A DNA stretch of 64,000 bases from positions 1,312,001 to 1,376,000 of the forward strand of contig CBDIID010000003.1 of assembly GCA_965279515.1 (NCBI GenBank), given 5' to 3'. Both the position numbers and the translations under genes were made by a program. The notes under the pieces are model-generated. The model had not been told where the DNA came from, did no database searches, and was given only the letters and a program-made list of their open reading frames with translations. The stretch comes from Turneriella sp. (GTDB taxonomy: Bacteria > Spirochaetota > Leptospiria > Turneriellales > Turneriellaceae). Numbering within the stretch: position 1 is the stretch's first letter; every line of letters begins with the position of its first letter. Below are positions 39,226-49,791 of the stretch, piece by piece.

Positions 39226-41616
39226 ATGAACATGGCCGTACCGATCACCCAATTACTCAGCGACGGCCTCGAGCGGCACCTGCTGTTTTCTCTCGGCAAA
39301 AAAAAAGGTGAAGCCAGCGCCTATGAGACCTATGTCGCGCTTTCGCTGTCCGTGCGCGACATCATGCGCAAACAATATGTCGAAGGCAAACGGCCCGGTT
39401 CCGGCGGCAAAAAACGTGTCTATTACCTTTCGATGGAGTTTCTCATCGGGCAAATGCTGGGTTCGAACCTGCTCAACCTGAATCTCATGCGCGAGGCGGA
39501 TGCACTGCTGCGCGAACAGGGTTTTGCCCTCAAACAAATCTTAACCCTCGAACCCGACGCCGCGCTCGGTAACGGCGGCTTAGGCCGCTTGGCCGCCTGC
39601 TTTCTCGACAGCGCGGCGAGCCTCGACATTCCCTGTTATGGCGCCGGGCTCTGTTATGAATTCGGTCTCTTTAAACAGTCGATCGTCGCAGGCGAGCAGC
39701 GCGAGTCGCCCGATATCTGGCTCGAAGGCAATTATCCCTGGCTCATCGAACGGCAGGATATTGCATACCGCGTCGAGTTCTACGGCAAAACGCAGCACGG
39801 CAAGACCACGGAGTGGATCGACACCGAAGTCATCATGGCGCGGGCACGCGACGTGCTGCATCCCGGGTTCAGAAACGGTATCGTCACCCACCTGCGCCTG
39901 TGGTGGGCCGAGCACTCGTCTGAATTCCGTCTCGATTATTTTCAGCACGGCGACTACCTGCGCGCGATGGAAGACCAGGTGCGCGCCGAGAGTATCTCAA
40001 AATTGCTCTATCCGAGCGATAACCATATCATGGGCTATGAGCTGCGCCTCAAACAGGAATATTTTCTCGTCAGCGCCACGGTACAAGATGCGCTCGCGGC
40101 GTTTCTTAAAGAAGAAAATGATCTGCGCAAACTGCCCGAACGCGTCTTTTTCCAACTCAATGACACGCATCCCGCTGTCGCCGTCGCTGAGCTCATGCGC
40201 CTTCTGGTCGACAAACACCAACTCGACTTCGACACCGCGTGGGATATCACCCGCGGCGCTGTCGGCTATACCAATCACACCATCATGCCCGAGGCGCTCG
40301 AGGTCTGGAACCTCGAACTTTTCGGCCGCCTGTTGCCGCGTCACCTCGAAATCATCTACGATATCAACTTCCGTTTTCTGAAAAAGCTGCGCGAACAGGG
40401 GACGGCAGAAAACGTCATCGAACGCGTCTCCGTCATACAAGAGGGACATCCCAAAAAAATACGCATGGCGAACCTGGCTGTTGTCGGCGCCTCGGCGGTG
40501 AACGGCGTTTCTGCGCTGCATAGCCGGCTGGTGCGCGAAAATCTTTTCCCCGACTACGCCGCGCTCTGGCCCGAAAAGTTCCAGAGCAAAACAAATGGCG
40601 TCACCTTCAGGCGCTGGCTGATTTCGGCGAACCCGGCATTGGCCCGCCTGATCGGCGAATCAATCGGTGAAGCATGGCTGACCGATCATACAAAGCTTAC
40701 AGAGCTTAAAAAATTCAGCAACGACACCGCATTCATGGAGAAATGGCTCGTTATCAAAGACGGTAACCGGGCACGGCTCAGAAACCTGATCCGCGAACGC
40801 ACGGGGCAAGAGGTACCGCAGAATACCTTTTTCGATGTGCATATCAAGCGCATCCATGAATACAAACGGCAGTTGCTGAATGTCATGCGGATTATCCGCA
40901 TTGCCATCGACATTCTCGCCGGGACAGACGGTATCGAACAGCACCGCACGTTTGTCTTCGCCGGCAAGGCAGCCCCGAGCTACCACCGCGCAAAACTCAT
41001 CATCCGCCTCATCCATGCACTCTCCGCATACATTGAAAAGAACCCGGCGCTGAAAAAGAAAATCCAGGTTGTGTTTTTGCCGAACTTCTGCGTGAGCCTC
41101 GCGGAAAAAATCTATCCCGGCGCCGATCTTTCGGAACAGATCAGCACCGCCGGCACCGAAGCGTCGGGCACGGGCAATATGAAATTTATGCTCAACGGCG
41201 TGCCGACGCTCGGCACGCTCGACGGCGCCAATATCGAAATCGGCGAAGAGACGGGCGCTGAAAACATCTACATTTTCGGAAATACCGTCGCCGAAATTCA
41301 TCAGTTGCAACGTACAGGGTACAACCCCGTCGAGCTCGCCGAACAACCGGTACTGAAAGAAGTTTTTCATTTCATGACGGCACTCGGTGAAGATTTCCGC
41401 GAGCTGAAAGACGCGCTCACCTACCAGGGCGATCCGTATTTTCATCTTGCCGATTTCGCCTCTTATATGGATATCCAGCGGCGAATACTCGGCGATTTCC
41501 GGAACGAAAAACTCTGGTTCGCAAAATGCCTCGCCAACACCGCGCAGTCGGGAAAATTTTCTTCAGACCGCATGGTCTCTGAATATGCGCGCGATATCTG
41601 GCGGCTCAAGGGATGA
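39226..41616 (+). CDS. glgP: Glycogen/maltodextrin phosphorylase
   Basis: YYLSMEFLIG, LGNGGLGRLAACFLDS, QLNDTHP, KRIHEYKRQ, EASGTGNMKFMLNG (PLP Lys). Confidence 0.97.
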   Translation: MNMAVPITQLLSDGLERHLLFSLGKKKGEASAYETYVALSLSVRDIMRKQYVEGKRPGSGGKKRVYYLSMEFLIGQMLGSNLLNLNLMREADALLREQGFALKQILTLEPDAALGNGGLGRLAACFLDSAASLDIPCYGAGLCYEFGLFKQSIVAGEQRESPDIWLEGNYPWLIERQDIAYRVEFYGKTQHGKTTEWIDTEVIMARARDVLHPGFRNGIVTHLRLWWAEHSSEFRLDYFQHGDYLRAMEDQVRAESISKLLYPSDNHIMGYELRLKQEYFLVSATVQDALAAFLKEENDLRKLPERVFFQLNDTHPAVAVAELMRLLVDKHQLDFDTAWDITRGAVGYTNHTIMPEALEVWNLELFGRLLPRHLEIIYDINFRFLKKLREQGTAENVIERVSVIQEGHPKKIRMANLAVVGASAVNGVSALHSRLVRENLFPDYAALWPEKFQSKTNGVTFRRWLISANPALARLIGESIGEAWLTDHTKLTELKKFSNDTAFMEKWLVIKDGNRARLRNLIRERTGQEVPQNTFFDVHIKRIHEYKRQLLNVMRIIRIAIDILAGTDGIEQHRTFVFAGKAAPSYHRAKLIIRLIHALSAYIEKNPALKKKIQVVFLPNFCVSLAEKIYPGADLSEQISTAGTEASGTGNMKFMLNGVPTLGTLDGANIEIGEETGAENIYIFGNTVAEIHQLQRTGYNPVELAEQPVLKEVFHFMTALGEDFRELKDALTYQGDPYFHLADFASYMDIQRRILGDFRNEKLWFAKCLANTAQSGKFSSDRMVSEYARDIWRLKG

Positions 41617-44600
41617 CAAATTCCCGCGTACCGACGACGGGGGCCTTTCTCGGAAAATCTTCGGGGCGCGGCGGCGCTGAAGGTTATGCTGCTGCCCGTG
41701 GCACCGGCCCGGCACACTACAGCCGGGACACGGCATGGATGCAGGGCCTCGTCATTGTCGCCAAGAACGTACCCCTGTGGCTGGCCGAACTTGCACGCCA
41801 CTATGACAGGCCGGTGCGTCGCCTCGACGAGATTCCGGGCGAAGAGCTCGAATTCTTAAGGGATTGTGGAATCACGGGCATCTGGCTCGTCGGCCTCTGG
41901 CAGCGCAGTGCAGCGTCGGCTGGAATAAAGAAGAAATCCGGCGCGGCGGATGCAGCAGCGTCGGCATACGCTGTCTTCGACTATACAGTCGATGAGGCCT
42001 ATGGCGGCGAAAACGCGCTGGCCTCACTGCGGCTGAAAACGCGCGCACGGGGGATTTCTCTTGGTTGCGACATGGTGCCGAATCATACGGGCATCGACTC
42101 GCTGTGGCTGCGCGAACATCCTGACTGGTATCTGCAAACTGCCGTGAAACCGTTTCCTGCTTACACCTTCGAAGGAGAAAATCTCTCGCCTGTCGCAGGC
42201 ATCGACACACGCATCGACGACGGTTATTATTCACGCCGCGACGCTGCGGTGGTTTTTAAGCACATCGAAAACGGCCGCACGCGTTATATCTATCACGGCA
42301 ACGACGGCACTGGGCTGCCGTGGAATGACACGGCTCAACTCAACCATACCTTGCCCGAAGTCCGGCAGGCCCTCATCGACGCGGCGCTGCGGCTGGCACA
42401 GAGTTTCGATTTCATCCGCTTCGATGCGGCAATGACGCTGCTCAGCGACCATTACCGCCGGCTGTGGTTTCCCGCAGCAGCCTCAGAAGCCGTGATCGCC
42501 GGCCGGGCGGAGCATCAGCCCTTCGACATGCCCGAATTCTGGAGCGAGTTGGTTGGCATCTTTCGCCAGAAAAGCCCCGGCACGCTGCTGATCGCCGAAG
42601 CGTTCTGGCTGACGGAAAATTATTTTGTCCAAAACATCGGCATGCACCGCGTCTACAACAGCGCCTTCATGCATTTTCTCGCCGAAGAAAAAAGTGCGCA
42701 ATTCAATGGCTTCATGGCAGATCACCTCAGGGAAGGCGGGACGCTGAACCGTTTTGTAAATTATCTCAGCACACCCGATGAAAAACCCGCCGCGGAAGTT
42801 TTTCCGCATAGCGAAAAATATTTCGGCGCGATGAAACTGATGGCGACGCTGCCGGGCACGCCGCTCATCGCTCCCGGGCAGCTCGAAGGCTTCACAGAAA
42901 AATATGCGATGGACCAGCAAACATCCAGACTTTCAGAGACGAGAAACCAGGCTTTGATCGCAGAGCACCTGCAGGAAATTGCTCCGCTCCTGAAGCGGCG
43001 CCGCGAGTTCAATAACGCGAAAAACCTCCGCTGGCTGCAAGCTCAGGGCGACGGCGCTGAAAATCACGTGATCGCCTATGAAACCGGCAGCTCACAAAAA
43101 TACCGTATCCTCTTTAACAACTCGCCCCGCTCGCTCAGCGTTATCGTTGAAGGGCAAGAAATCGCAATGAAGCCCTACGAGAGCCGCGTTGAGCTGCAAT
43201 CCGCGGTGCAATACCGCACGAGCCATGTCTCAACTCAAGCGGCCAATGCCTCGGTATATTTCCCCGAACTCAACAGACGTCACTCGGGCGTTGTGATTCC
43301 CGTCGGTGCGCTGCGCAGCCATGCGAGCTGCGGCATCGGCGAGTTTGCAGACCTAAAGCTCATGACAGATTGGTGTACCACCACGGGGCAAAACTTCATT
43401 GCCCTCTTGCCGGTCTCCGACACGGGGGAAAATCCCAGCCCCTACTCTGCCGTCAGTGCTTTCGCATTGCATCCCATTTATCTGCGCCTTGCCGACGTCG
43501 ACGGCGCAGCGGCTGCAGGCGATGAAATCGCCGCGCTGCAGTTTGCAGCCGATTCAGGCAGGGTCTACGGATTTGCTGAAATTCTGCAAGTGAAGCTCGC
43601 CTTGCTGCGCCAGATCTACGACGCAGCTGGGGACATGGCGCTTGCGTCGATTCCGCAGGATTTTTACCGCGAAGAATGGCTCGTCGATTACGCAGTCTAC
43701 AAACATCTGCGCACACAGCAGCGCGGGGAACTTCCGCCCATGACTGCGACAGAGCGCAGCGCCTACTTCGAAACACATCGCCGGGAAACGGGCTTTTATG
43801 TCTGGCTGCAGTACCAATGCGATCTGCAGCTTTCTACCGCGGCCGCCTACGCGCGTTCGCGCGGCGTTTTTATCAAAGGCGATTTGCCGATTCTGCTCGA
43901 GCGCGACAGCGTAGACGTCTGGGTCAATCCGCATCTGTTTCTGAACGATCTCAAGGCCGGCGCGCCGCCCGACCAGTTCTCGGCCGACGGGCAGAACTGG
44001 GGATTTCCCGTCTATGACTGGCCTGCTCACCGGCGCGATAGTTTTCACTGGTGGAAAGCCCGTGTACGGCGCGCGGCCAAATTCTTCTCGGCCTACCGCA
44101 TCGACCACGTGCTGGGCTTTTTCCGTATCTGGTGTCTCGACGCCGGCGACAGCTCGGGCTACTGCGGCTTTTTTATGCCATCCTCCCCGCTGCAGCGAAA
44201 CGAAATCGCGGTTTTTCTGTCCGACGAAAAGATCAGGCAGCTATGCGATACGGCGAACCGCGAGCGACCCCTGATTGCGCGCGGCGAGGTATTTTTTCCC
44301 GCATGGGATTTTGAGCGTAAGCTGCAGGCGGCGCCGCTCAGCGACGGGGAGCGCGCGCAGCTACGGGAACTTCTGCAACAGAAGACAGCTGGCGACGCCG
44401 ATCTGCAGCAAAAGCAAGGTCGGGAAATTTTGGCCGCACTCAAAGAGGCGAGCGGAATGCTGACCTGCGCCGAAGATCTGGGTGTCGTACCGCCTTATGT
44501 CGGGCCGACTCTGGCAGAGCTGGGCATCCTCTCGCTGTGCGTATTGCGTTGGCGGCCGCAGGGCGAAAATCTCGAGCCACCCAGCGAATACAATTTTCTG

Positions 44601-44939
44601 TCGGTCGCCACGCCTTCGGTGCACGATTCGGGCAATTTGCGCGAGTGGCTGCACGACGAGGGCAAACGCTACTACCCGGATGGAAAAGTGGAAAACGTTC
44701 TGAGCGATATGTACAGTGCGTCGTCTGCGCTGACACTCCTGCCGCTGCAAGACATCCTCGCACTCGACCCGGCCTTGCATGGCGCGCCCGAAAAAGAACG
44801 CATCAATGTGCCGGGCACGGTCAGCGCAACAAACTGGAGTTACCGCATGCCATTGTACCTGGAGGATCTACTGCATAGACAGAACCTCGCGGCGAAAATC
44901 AGGGAGTTGACCCAATTACGAAATCGCCATGGGTTATAG
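41613..44939 (+). CDS. Fusion of GH13 alpha-amylase-like domain and GH77 4-alpha-glucanotransferase (MalQ-like)
   Basis: N-half DMVPNHTG, IRFDAAM, IAEAFW, STPDE; C-half SPYSAVSAFALHP, GAPPDQFSADGQNWG, YRIDHVLGF, CAEDLG, SVHDS. Confidence 0.88.
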   Translation: MTNSRVPTTGAFLGKSSGRGGAEGYAAARGTGPAHYSRDTAWMQGLVIVAKNVPLWLAELARHYDRPVRRLDEIPGEELEFLRDCGITGIWLVGLWQRSAASAGIKKKSGAADAAASAYAVFDYTVDEAYGGENALASLRLKTRARGISLGCDMVPNHTGIDSLWLREHPDWYLQTAVKPFPAYTFEGENLSPVAGIDTRIDDGYYSRRDAAVVFKHIENGRTRYIYHGNDGTGLPWNDTAQLNHTLPEVRQALIDAALRLAQSFDFIRFDAAMTLLSDHYRRLWFPAAASEAVIAGRAEHQPFDMPEFWSELVGIFRQKSPGTLLIAEAFWLTENYFVQNIGMHRVYNSAFMHFLAEEKSAQFNGFMADHLREGGTLNRFVNYLSTPDEKPAAEVFPHSEKYFGAMKLMATLPGTPLIAPGQLEGFTEKYAMDQQTSRLSETRNQALIAEHLQEIAPLLKRRREFNNAKNLRWLQAQGDGAENHVIAYETGSSQKYRILFNNSPRSLSVIVEGQEIAMKPYESRVELQSAVQYRTSHVSTQAANASVYFPELNRRHSGVVIPVGALRSHASCGIGEFADLKLMTDWCTTTGQNFIALLPVSDTGENPSPYSAVSAFALHPIYLRLADVDGAAAAGDEIAALQFAADSGRVYGFAEILQVKLALLRQIYDAAGDMALASIPQDFYREEWLVDYAVYKHLRTQQRGELPPMTATERSAYFETHRRETGFYVWLQYQCDLQLSTAAAYARSRGVFIKGDLPILLERDSVDVWVNPHLFLNDLKAGAPPDQFSADGQNWGFPVYDWPAHRRDSFHWWKARVRRAAKFFSAYRIDHVLGFFRIWCLDAGDSSGYCGFFMPSSPLQRNEIAVFLSDEKIRQLCDTANRERPLIARGEVFFPAWDFERKLQAAPLSDGERAQLRELLQQKTAGDADLQQKQGREILAALKEASGMLTCAEDLGVVPPYVGPTLAELGILSLCVLRWRPQGENLEPPSEYNFLSVATPSVHDSGNLREWLHDEGKRYYPDGKVENVLSDMYSASSALTLLPLQDILALDPALHGAPEKERINVPGTVSATNWSYRMPLYLEDLLHRQNLAAKIRELTQLRNRHGL

Positions 44940-46754
44940 GGCTTCGAGCAGCGACAATCCGCGCGCCGGCACGATAAAAATTCCCGAGCAGGGTTCATTC
45001 AAAAGCGGCCGCGCCGTGTTGATGAGTTCCCGATAAAAAGCTTCCTGCACGGGCAGTGTGACAACGGCATTTTCGGCCGCCCGCGGATTGGCCAAAAACA
45101 GCAATGTGGGGTCTTCGCGAAAACGGATCTGCAGGCAAAGCACCTCACCGCTTTCCGTAAAAAATCTCTCAAACACCGCGGTCTGCCAATCGAAACGTGC
45201 GCGCACTTCGAGACAGCTGCGGATAAAATGCTGCAGGATATTTCCTGTGTCCCACCGCAGGTGTGTTACCGCATTATCCTGGCAATAGGCATTGTTGTTC
45301 CCGTTCTGGGTGTGAGTCAATTCATCGCCGCCCAGCAACATGGGAATCGCGCGGGCAAAAAATAAAGTCGCCAACAGGTTACGCGACTGCTGCAACCGGA
45401 TTTCCCCTATCGCTGCGTCCCCTGTCTCGCCTTCGGCGCCGTAATTTTCGCTGAAATTTTCATCCGCACCGTCGCGGTTATCTTCACGGTTCTCAGCGTT
45501 ATGCTTTTGTTTATAAGAGACCAGGTCGCGCAAGGAAAAACCGTCGTGACAGGTCACATAATTCACTGCCCGGTCGGCCTGCATCTCCTGCAAAAGCTCA
45601 CCCAGTACCTCGTCACCGCGCCAATAGCGCCGCGCCGCATTGCGGAAACGGTCGTTCCAGACTTTCCACGGCTCACGGAAAGAATCTCGCACATAACCCT
45701 CGGGACCTAAATCCCAGGGCTCGGCGATGAGTTTCACCTGAGAAAGTACGGGGTCATCGGCCACGGCCCGCGCAAAGGCGCCGTCGAGCACCGGACGCCC
45801 GCCTTCGCGGAACAGCGCAGGCGCAAGATCGAAACGAAAGCCGTCGACATGCATCTCTTCAACCCAGTAGCGCAGAGAAGCGATCACCAGGCGCCGCGTC
45901 TGCAAATGCACGAGGTTCAGCGTATTACCGCAGCCAGTGTGGTCAATGAAACCGCGCTCGTCGTCGAACAAATAATATGCGCGATTATCAAAACCGCGCC
46001 AGGACAAAACCGGCCCCTCTGCCCCCATCTCGGCGGTGTGGTTATAGACCACGTCGAGAATGACTTCGATGCCGGCGCGGTGGAGTGCCCTGACCATCGT
46101 TTTGAACTCTGCCACCGCATCGCGGCAGGCATAGCGCGGTTCGGGAGAAAAAAAGTTCAGCGTGCTGTATCCCCAGTAGTTCGTCAGCCCTTTCGCTACC
46201 AAAAATGCATCGTCGTTCTTTGCATGCACCGGCAAGAGCTCGAGCGCAGTCACACCGAGTTCTTTCAGGTAGTTAATAACCTTCTCATGTGCCAGTGCAA
46301 GGTATGTCCCGCGGATTTCTTCCGGAATGCCGGGGAAATTTTTCGTCAGGCCGCGCACATGCGCCTCATAGATGACGGTTTTGCCGAAGGGGTTGCGCGG
46401 CAAAATATCACCCTGCCATTCGAAACAACTGTCTATGACTACACCCAGATTGCCATGCACTGCGCGGGCATAGGGGTCCAACAGGACCCTGTCACAATCG
46501 CAGAAATGCCCGCGCTGCGGATCCCATGGACCATAGACGCGATAGCCATAAGGCGTGCCTGCAGTGACGCCGGGAACGAAAACCTGCCAGGTATTTTCAG
46601 GCCCGCCGGCCATCGCGAAACGGTTTTTTTCTTTTCCTGCCGCATCGAATAAGCAGAGTTCGATCTTCTCCGCGACCGAAGAAAATACGGAAAAATTTGC
46701 GCCGCCGGAAACCAGCACGGCCCCCATGGTGAAATTCGCTGCGCTTAGGCTCAC
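44934..46754 (-). CDS. glgX: Glycogen debranching enzyme (isoamylase type)
   Basis: GANFSVFS, IYEAHVRG, NYWGY, DVVYNHT, DGFRFDLA, IAEPWD, TCHDGF, NNNAYCQD. Confidence 0.95.
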   Translation of the reverse strand: MSLSAANFTMGAVLVSGGANFSVFSSVAEKIELCLFDAAGKEKNRFAMAGGPENTWQVFVPGVTAGTPYGYRVYGPWDPQRGHFCDCDRVLLDPYARAVHGNLGVVIDSCFEWQGDILPRNPFGKTVIYEAHVRGLTKNFPGIPEEIRGTYLALAHEKVINYLKELGVTALELLPVHAKNDDAFLVAKGLTNYWGYSTLNFFSPEPRYACRDAVAEFKTMVRALHRAGIEVILDVVYNHTAEMGAEGPVLSWRGFDNRAYYLFDDERGFIDHTGCGNTLNLVHLQTRRLVIASLRYWVEEMHVDGFRFDLAPALFREGGRPVLDGAFARAVADDPVLSQVKLIAEPWDLGPEGYVRDSFREPWKVWNDRFRNAARRYWRGDEVLGELLQEMQADRAVNYVTCHDGFSLRDLVSYKQKHNAENREDNRDGADENFSENYGAEGETGDAAIGEIRLQQSRNLLATLFFARAIPMLLGGDELTHTQNGNNNAYCQDNAVTHLRWDTGNILQHFIRSCLEVRARFDWQTAVFERFFTESGEVLCLQIRFREDPTLLFLANPRAAENAVVTLPVQEAFYRELINTARPLLNEPCSGIFIVPARGLSLLEAL

Positions 46755-48385
46755 GGCACAAGAAGGGGCAGATACGCGGCCGCAGCCTTTGTCCAGGAAA
46801 ATTCGGTATTCATCGCCTTGAGGCGCAGCTTGTCTAGCTCGTCGCTACGGGCAGCGCGTGCAATCAGGCCGTCTAATAGAGCAAGAAAATTATCGCTCTT
46901 CTCGCCGCGGCTTTTTCCCGAAAACAGGAATCCGTTCTCGCCATGCTGGATCGTATCGATGAGGCCGCCTACCGCGGCAGCCACGGGCAGGCAGCCATAA
47001 CGCATCGCCTTCATCTGGCTCGTGCCACAGGGCTCAAACTCCGAAGGCATCAGCATGAAATCCGCAGAGGCATAGAGATGTTTTTCGAGATCGTCGTCGA
47101 AGCCGCCGAAGAGCAGAGCATTCGGATAAGGCGCAAGCAGTTCGGCCATCTTTGCCATTAAATTGCCCTTGCCTAAGATGATGAGCGTGCAATCTTTCGC
47201 GAGAAGCATATCGAGAATTGTCGATCCCTGCCAGGCATCGATCATGAGGCGGATTTTCTGCTCCGTGAGGCGGCTCACGAGGGCAAACATGGGTTGCTTT
47301 TTTGCCTTTTCTATATCAAAAACCAAAAGCTTCTTGCGCAACCCTTCGTCTATGCCGGGCATGAGACTTCTGGACGCCGTCAGTTTTTTCACAAGGCCCG
47401 GCAAATCATCCAGCAGGGCAGCACGGTTCAGCGTGCGGCCGCGCGCCAGGTCAGCGCCGCTAAACGCAGGATTCAGATTCGTGGCGGAATAATAATCCAT
47501 ATCGATGGCATTGACGATGCCGATCAGGCGCCGTTCATTCTTTAACCGGACAAAGTCGTCCTCAAGGCCACGGCCGCCGAGAAAATCTTCGGCCGGGTTG
47601 TCGTGCCGCGTAATTTCATCCGCATAGGTCGGGCTCACCGTCGTGACATAGTGTGCGGCATTGAGCCCCGCACGCATGGGATTGATGCAGCGGATTTCGG
47701 CATGCGGATCGAGATATGGTTTTTTCTGATCTTCAGTCAACGCATAGAGCTCAGGATACCAATCCAGAAATGATTCAAGATTGCCGCGGATATTCCAGGG
47801 CCGCGTGCCCTGGTATTCCAAATTGTGCACGCTGAAAATACGCCGCACGGGTTTCAGCACCACGTAAGCCGGGTGCACCTGGACCAACATATGCACGAGC
47901 GCCGCATGCCAGTCATGGCAGTGGATGGCATCGACCGCATCGCCGCTTTTATGCAAATGCAGCAAAAGTTCGGCCGCCGCGAGTGAGAAAAATGCAAACC
48001 GCCGCGCATCGTCTTCAAAATAGCCGCGGCCCAAACGCCCGCTGTCGATATAGATATCGCCATATTCTCCGCGGAAAAAACGATCACTGTGGATCAACAG
48101 GGTATCGAGCGTTCCATGCCTGCCCTGGAACACCGAAACCGAAGACTCTTCACCGGCAAAGCGCACCGTGAGCGTCGTAAAGAGATGCACCTCAAGACGC
48201 ACCTCTTCATAATAAGGAAGAATCACCGACACGCGGTGCCCTGCCTTAACAAGGGCATCGGAGAGGCCCCAGACAACGCTGCCCAAACCGCCGCGTTGAG
48301 CAATCCCCGAACATTCGGCGCTGATCTGGGCAATATGGCGTTGCGGCATCGGGATATACATGAATTTTTTCCCCGCTACAGGCAA
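46751..48385 (-). CDS. glgA: Glycogen synthase (GT5)
   Basis: GGLG, HCHDWH, HNLEYQG, TTVSPTYA, MPSEFEPCG, GGLIDT; true start probably 48349 or 48361. Confidence 0.9.
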   Translation of the reverse strand: MPVAGKKFMYIPMPQRHIAQISAECSGIAQRGGLGSVVWGLSDALVKAGHRVSVILPYYEEVRLEVHLFTTLTVRFAGEESSVSVFQGRHGTLDTLLIHSDRFFRGEYGDIYIDSGRLGRGYFEDDARRFAFFSLAAAELLLHLHKSGDAVDAIHCHDWHAALVHMLVQVHPAYVVLKPVRRIFSVHNLEYQGTRPWNIRGNLESFLDWYPELYALTEDQKKPYLDPHAEIRCINPMRAGLNAAHYVTTVSPTYADEITRHDNPAEDFLGGRGLEDDFVRLKNERRLIGIVNAIDMDYYSATNLNPAFSGADLARGRTLNRAALLDDLPGLVKKLTASRSLMPGIDEGLRKKLLVFDIEKAKKQPMFALVSRLTEQKIRLMIDAWQGSTILDMLLAKDCTLIILGKGNLMAKMAELLAPYPNALLFGGFDDDLEKHLYASADFMLMPSEFEPCGTSQMKAMRYGCLPVAAAVGGLIDTIQHGENGFLFSGKSRGEKSDNFLALLDGLIARAARSDELDKLRLKAMNTEFSWTKAAAAYLPLLVP

Positions 48386-48454
48386 CGAAAAAACCGGATT
48401 TCCTGCGGCGTTAAAGTCGGTTTACAGATCGGCTGAATTCGCCAAATCGGGTCT

Positions 48455-48886
48455 ATGAAACGCGCCGCACTGTTAATCCCGCTTTTGGTCTTTGTTGCCC
48501 TAAGCTGCAAGAAAAAGGAATACACCGGCAAGGTTTGGTTCTCTGAACCTTCTGACAAAGCCGAGGTGACTGCACCGGTAAAGTTCACAATGCAGGTTGA
48601 GGGTATGACCGTAAAACCCGCGGGCAAACCCGAAGAGGGCACGGGGCATTTTCATATTCTCATTAATAAAGAAGCAATGGCTGCAGGCCAGGTTATCATC
48701 AACGACGAATTCCATAAACATTACGGCAAAGGGCAGACCGAAGACACGCTCGACCTGAAACCCGGCGATTACCGTATTACTCTGCAATTCGCTGATGGCG
48801 CGCACGTTTCGTACGGTTCGGCATGGGCGCAGACGATTTCGCTGAAAGTTAAAGCCAAAGCGGGCGGCGGCGAAGAAGAAAACTAA
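48455..48886 (+). CDS. DUF4399 family lipoprotein
   Basis: LSC lipobox; VKPAG, TGHFHILI, HYGKGQTE, LQFADGAHVSY. Confidence 0.85.
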   Translation: MKRAALLIPLLVFVALSCKKKEYTGKVWFSEPSDKAEVTAPVKFTMQVEGMTVKPAGKPEEGTGHFHILINKEAMAAGQVIINDEFHKHYGKGQTEDTLDLKPGDYRITLQFADGAHVSYGSAWAQTISLKVKAKAGGGEEEN

Positions 48887-48917
48887 CCCCGATCCGCAGG
48901 GCTGCGGCACAGCTGCC

Positions 48918-49295
48918 ATGCCACACGCCGGTTTTTCCTCCGTTGTACTGTTAGTTCTTTCGAACATTTTTATGACACTTGCCTGGTACGGGCACTTGCA
49001 ACTGCATAAGAGCGAACGTTTTTCTTCGCTGCCGCTCTATGGTGTGATTCTTGTCAGCTGGCTCATCGCGCTCGCCGAATATGCCCTGCAGGTTCCGGCG
49101 AACCGAATCGGCAGTTCAAATTACGGTGGCCCGTTTAATCTCTTCGAGCTCAAGGTTATCCAGGAAGTCGTTTCGCTGATTGTCTTCGCGGTCTTTGCCG
49201 TAGTGATTTTCAAAAGCGACGAGTTGAAGTGGAACTATCTGGTCGGCTTCGGTTTTCTGGTTCTGGCGGTATTTTTTATCTTCAAAAAATGGTGA
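48918..49295 (+). CDS. DMT-superfamily small membrane protein (DUF486-like)
   Basis: SNIFMTLAWYGHL, EYALQVPANRIG, LKVIQEV. Confidence 0.88.
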   Translation: MPHAGFSSVVLLVLSNIFMTLAWYGHLQLHKSERFSSLPLYGVILVSWLIALAEYALQVPANRIGSSNYGGPFNLFELKVIQEVVSLIVFAVFAVVIFKSDELKWNYLVGFGFLVLAVFFIFKKW

Positions 49296-49299
49296 GCGC

Positions 49300-49644
49300 T
49301 TACAGGGCTTCGATGTAGCGTACCAGCGCGTCGATTTCTGCCGGTGTAAATTTATCTTTAAACGCGGGCATCAATGTGCCCTTGCCGCTGCTAATCGTCG
49401 CCGCAATGCCGCGCCGCATCTTGTCGCCGCCGAAGAAGAACCCCATACCCATGCCCGTCGTACCAAACCGGCGCATGCCTTTGTCGGCCCATTCGGGTGG
49501 CGGGCTGCCGTTTTCACCGTGGCAGGTTGCACAGGTGGATTTCCAGTGCGTTGCTGCTGCGGCGTATTCTGGTTCTTTCTTTAAGTTGCCCGATGCGCAG
49601 TAACAGGGCAGGATACAAATAATAATCCGTAACGAAGTCTTCAT
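49300..49644 (-). CDS. Monoheme class I cytochrome c, probable lipoprotein
   Basis: CATCHG, distal LMPAF, EIDALVRYI. Confidence 0.88.
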   Translation of the reverse strand: MKTSLRIIICILPCYCASGNLKKEPEYAAAATHWKSTCATCHGENGSPPPEWADKGMRRFGTTGMGMGFFFGGDKMRRGIAATISSGKGTLMPAFKDKFTPAEIDALVRYIEAL

Positions 49645-49791
49645 CTATACGGGTAGCCCATACAGGTTCTTCAGCGCGCCAAGCATAACCTTGATAACAA
49701 GGCGATTCCCACCAGAGAGTTGTTTTCGAAGGCCAGCCAAACCCTAAATTCCTGTTCATTTTGTATGCGTTATTGTGTTACACACCCGTAG

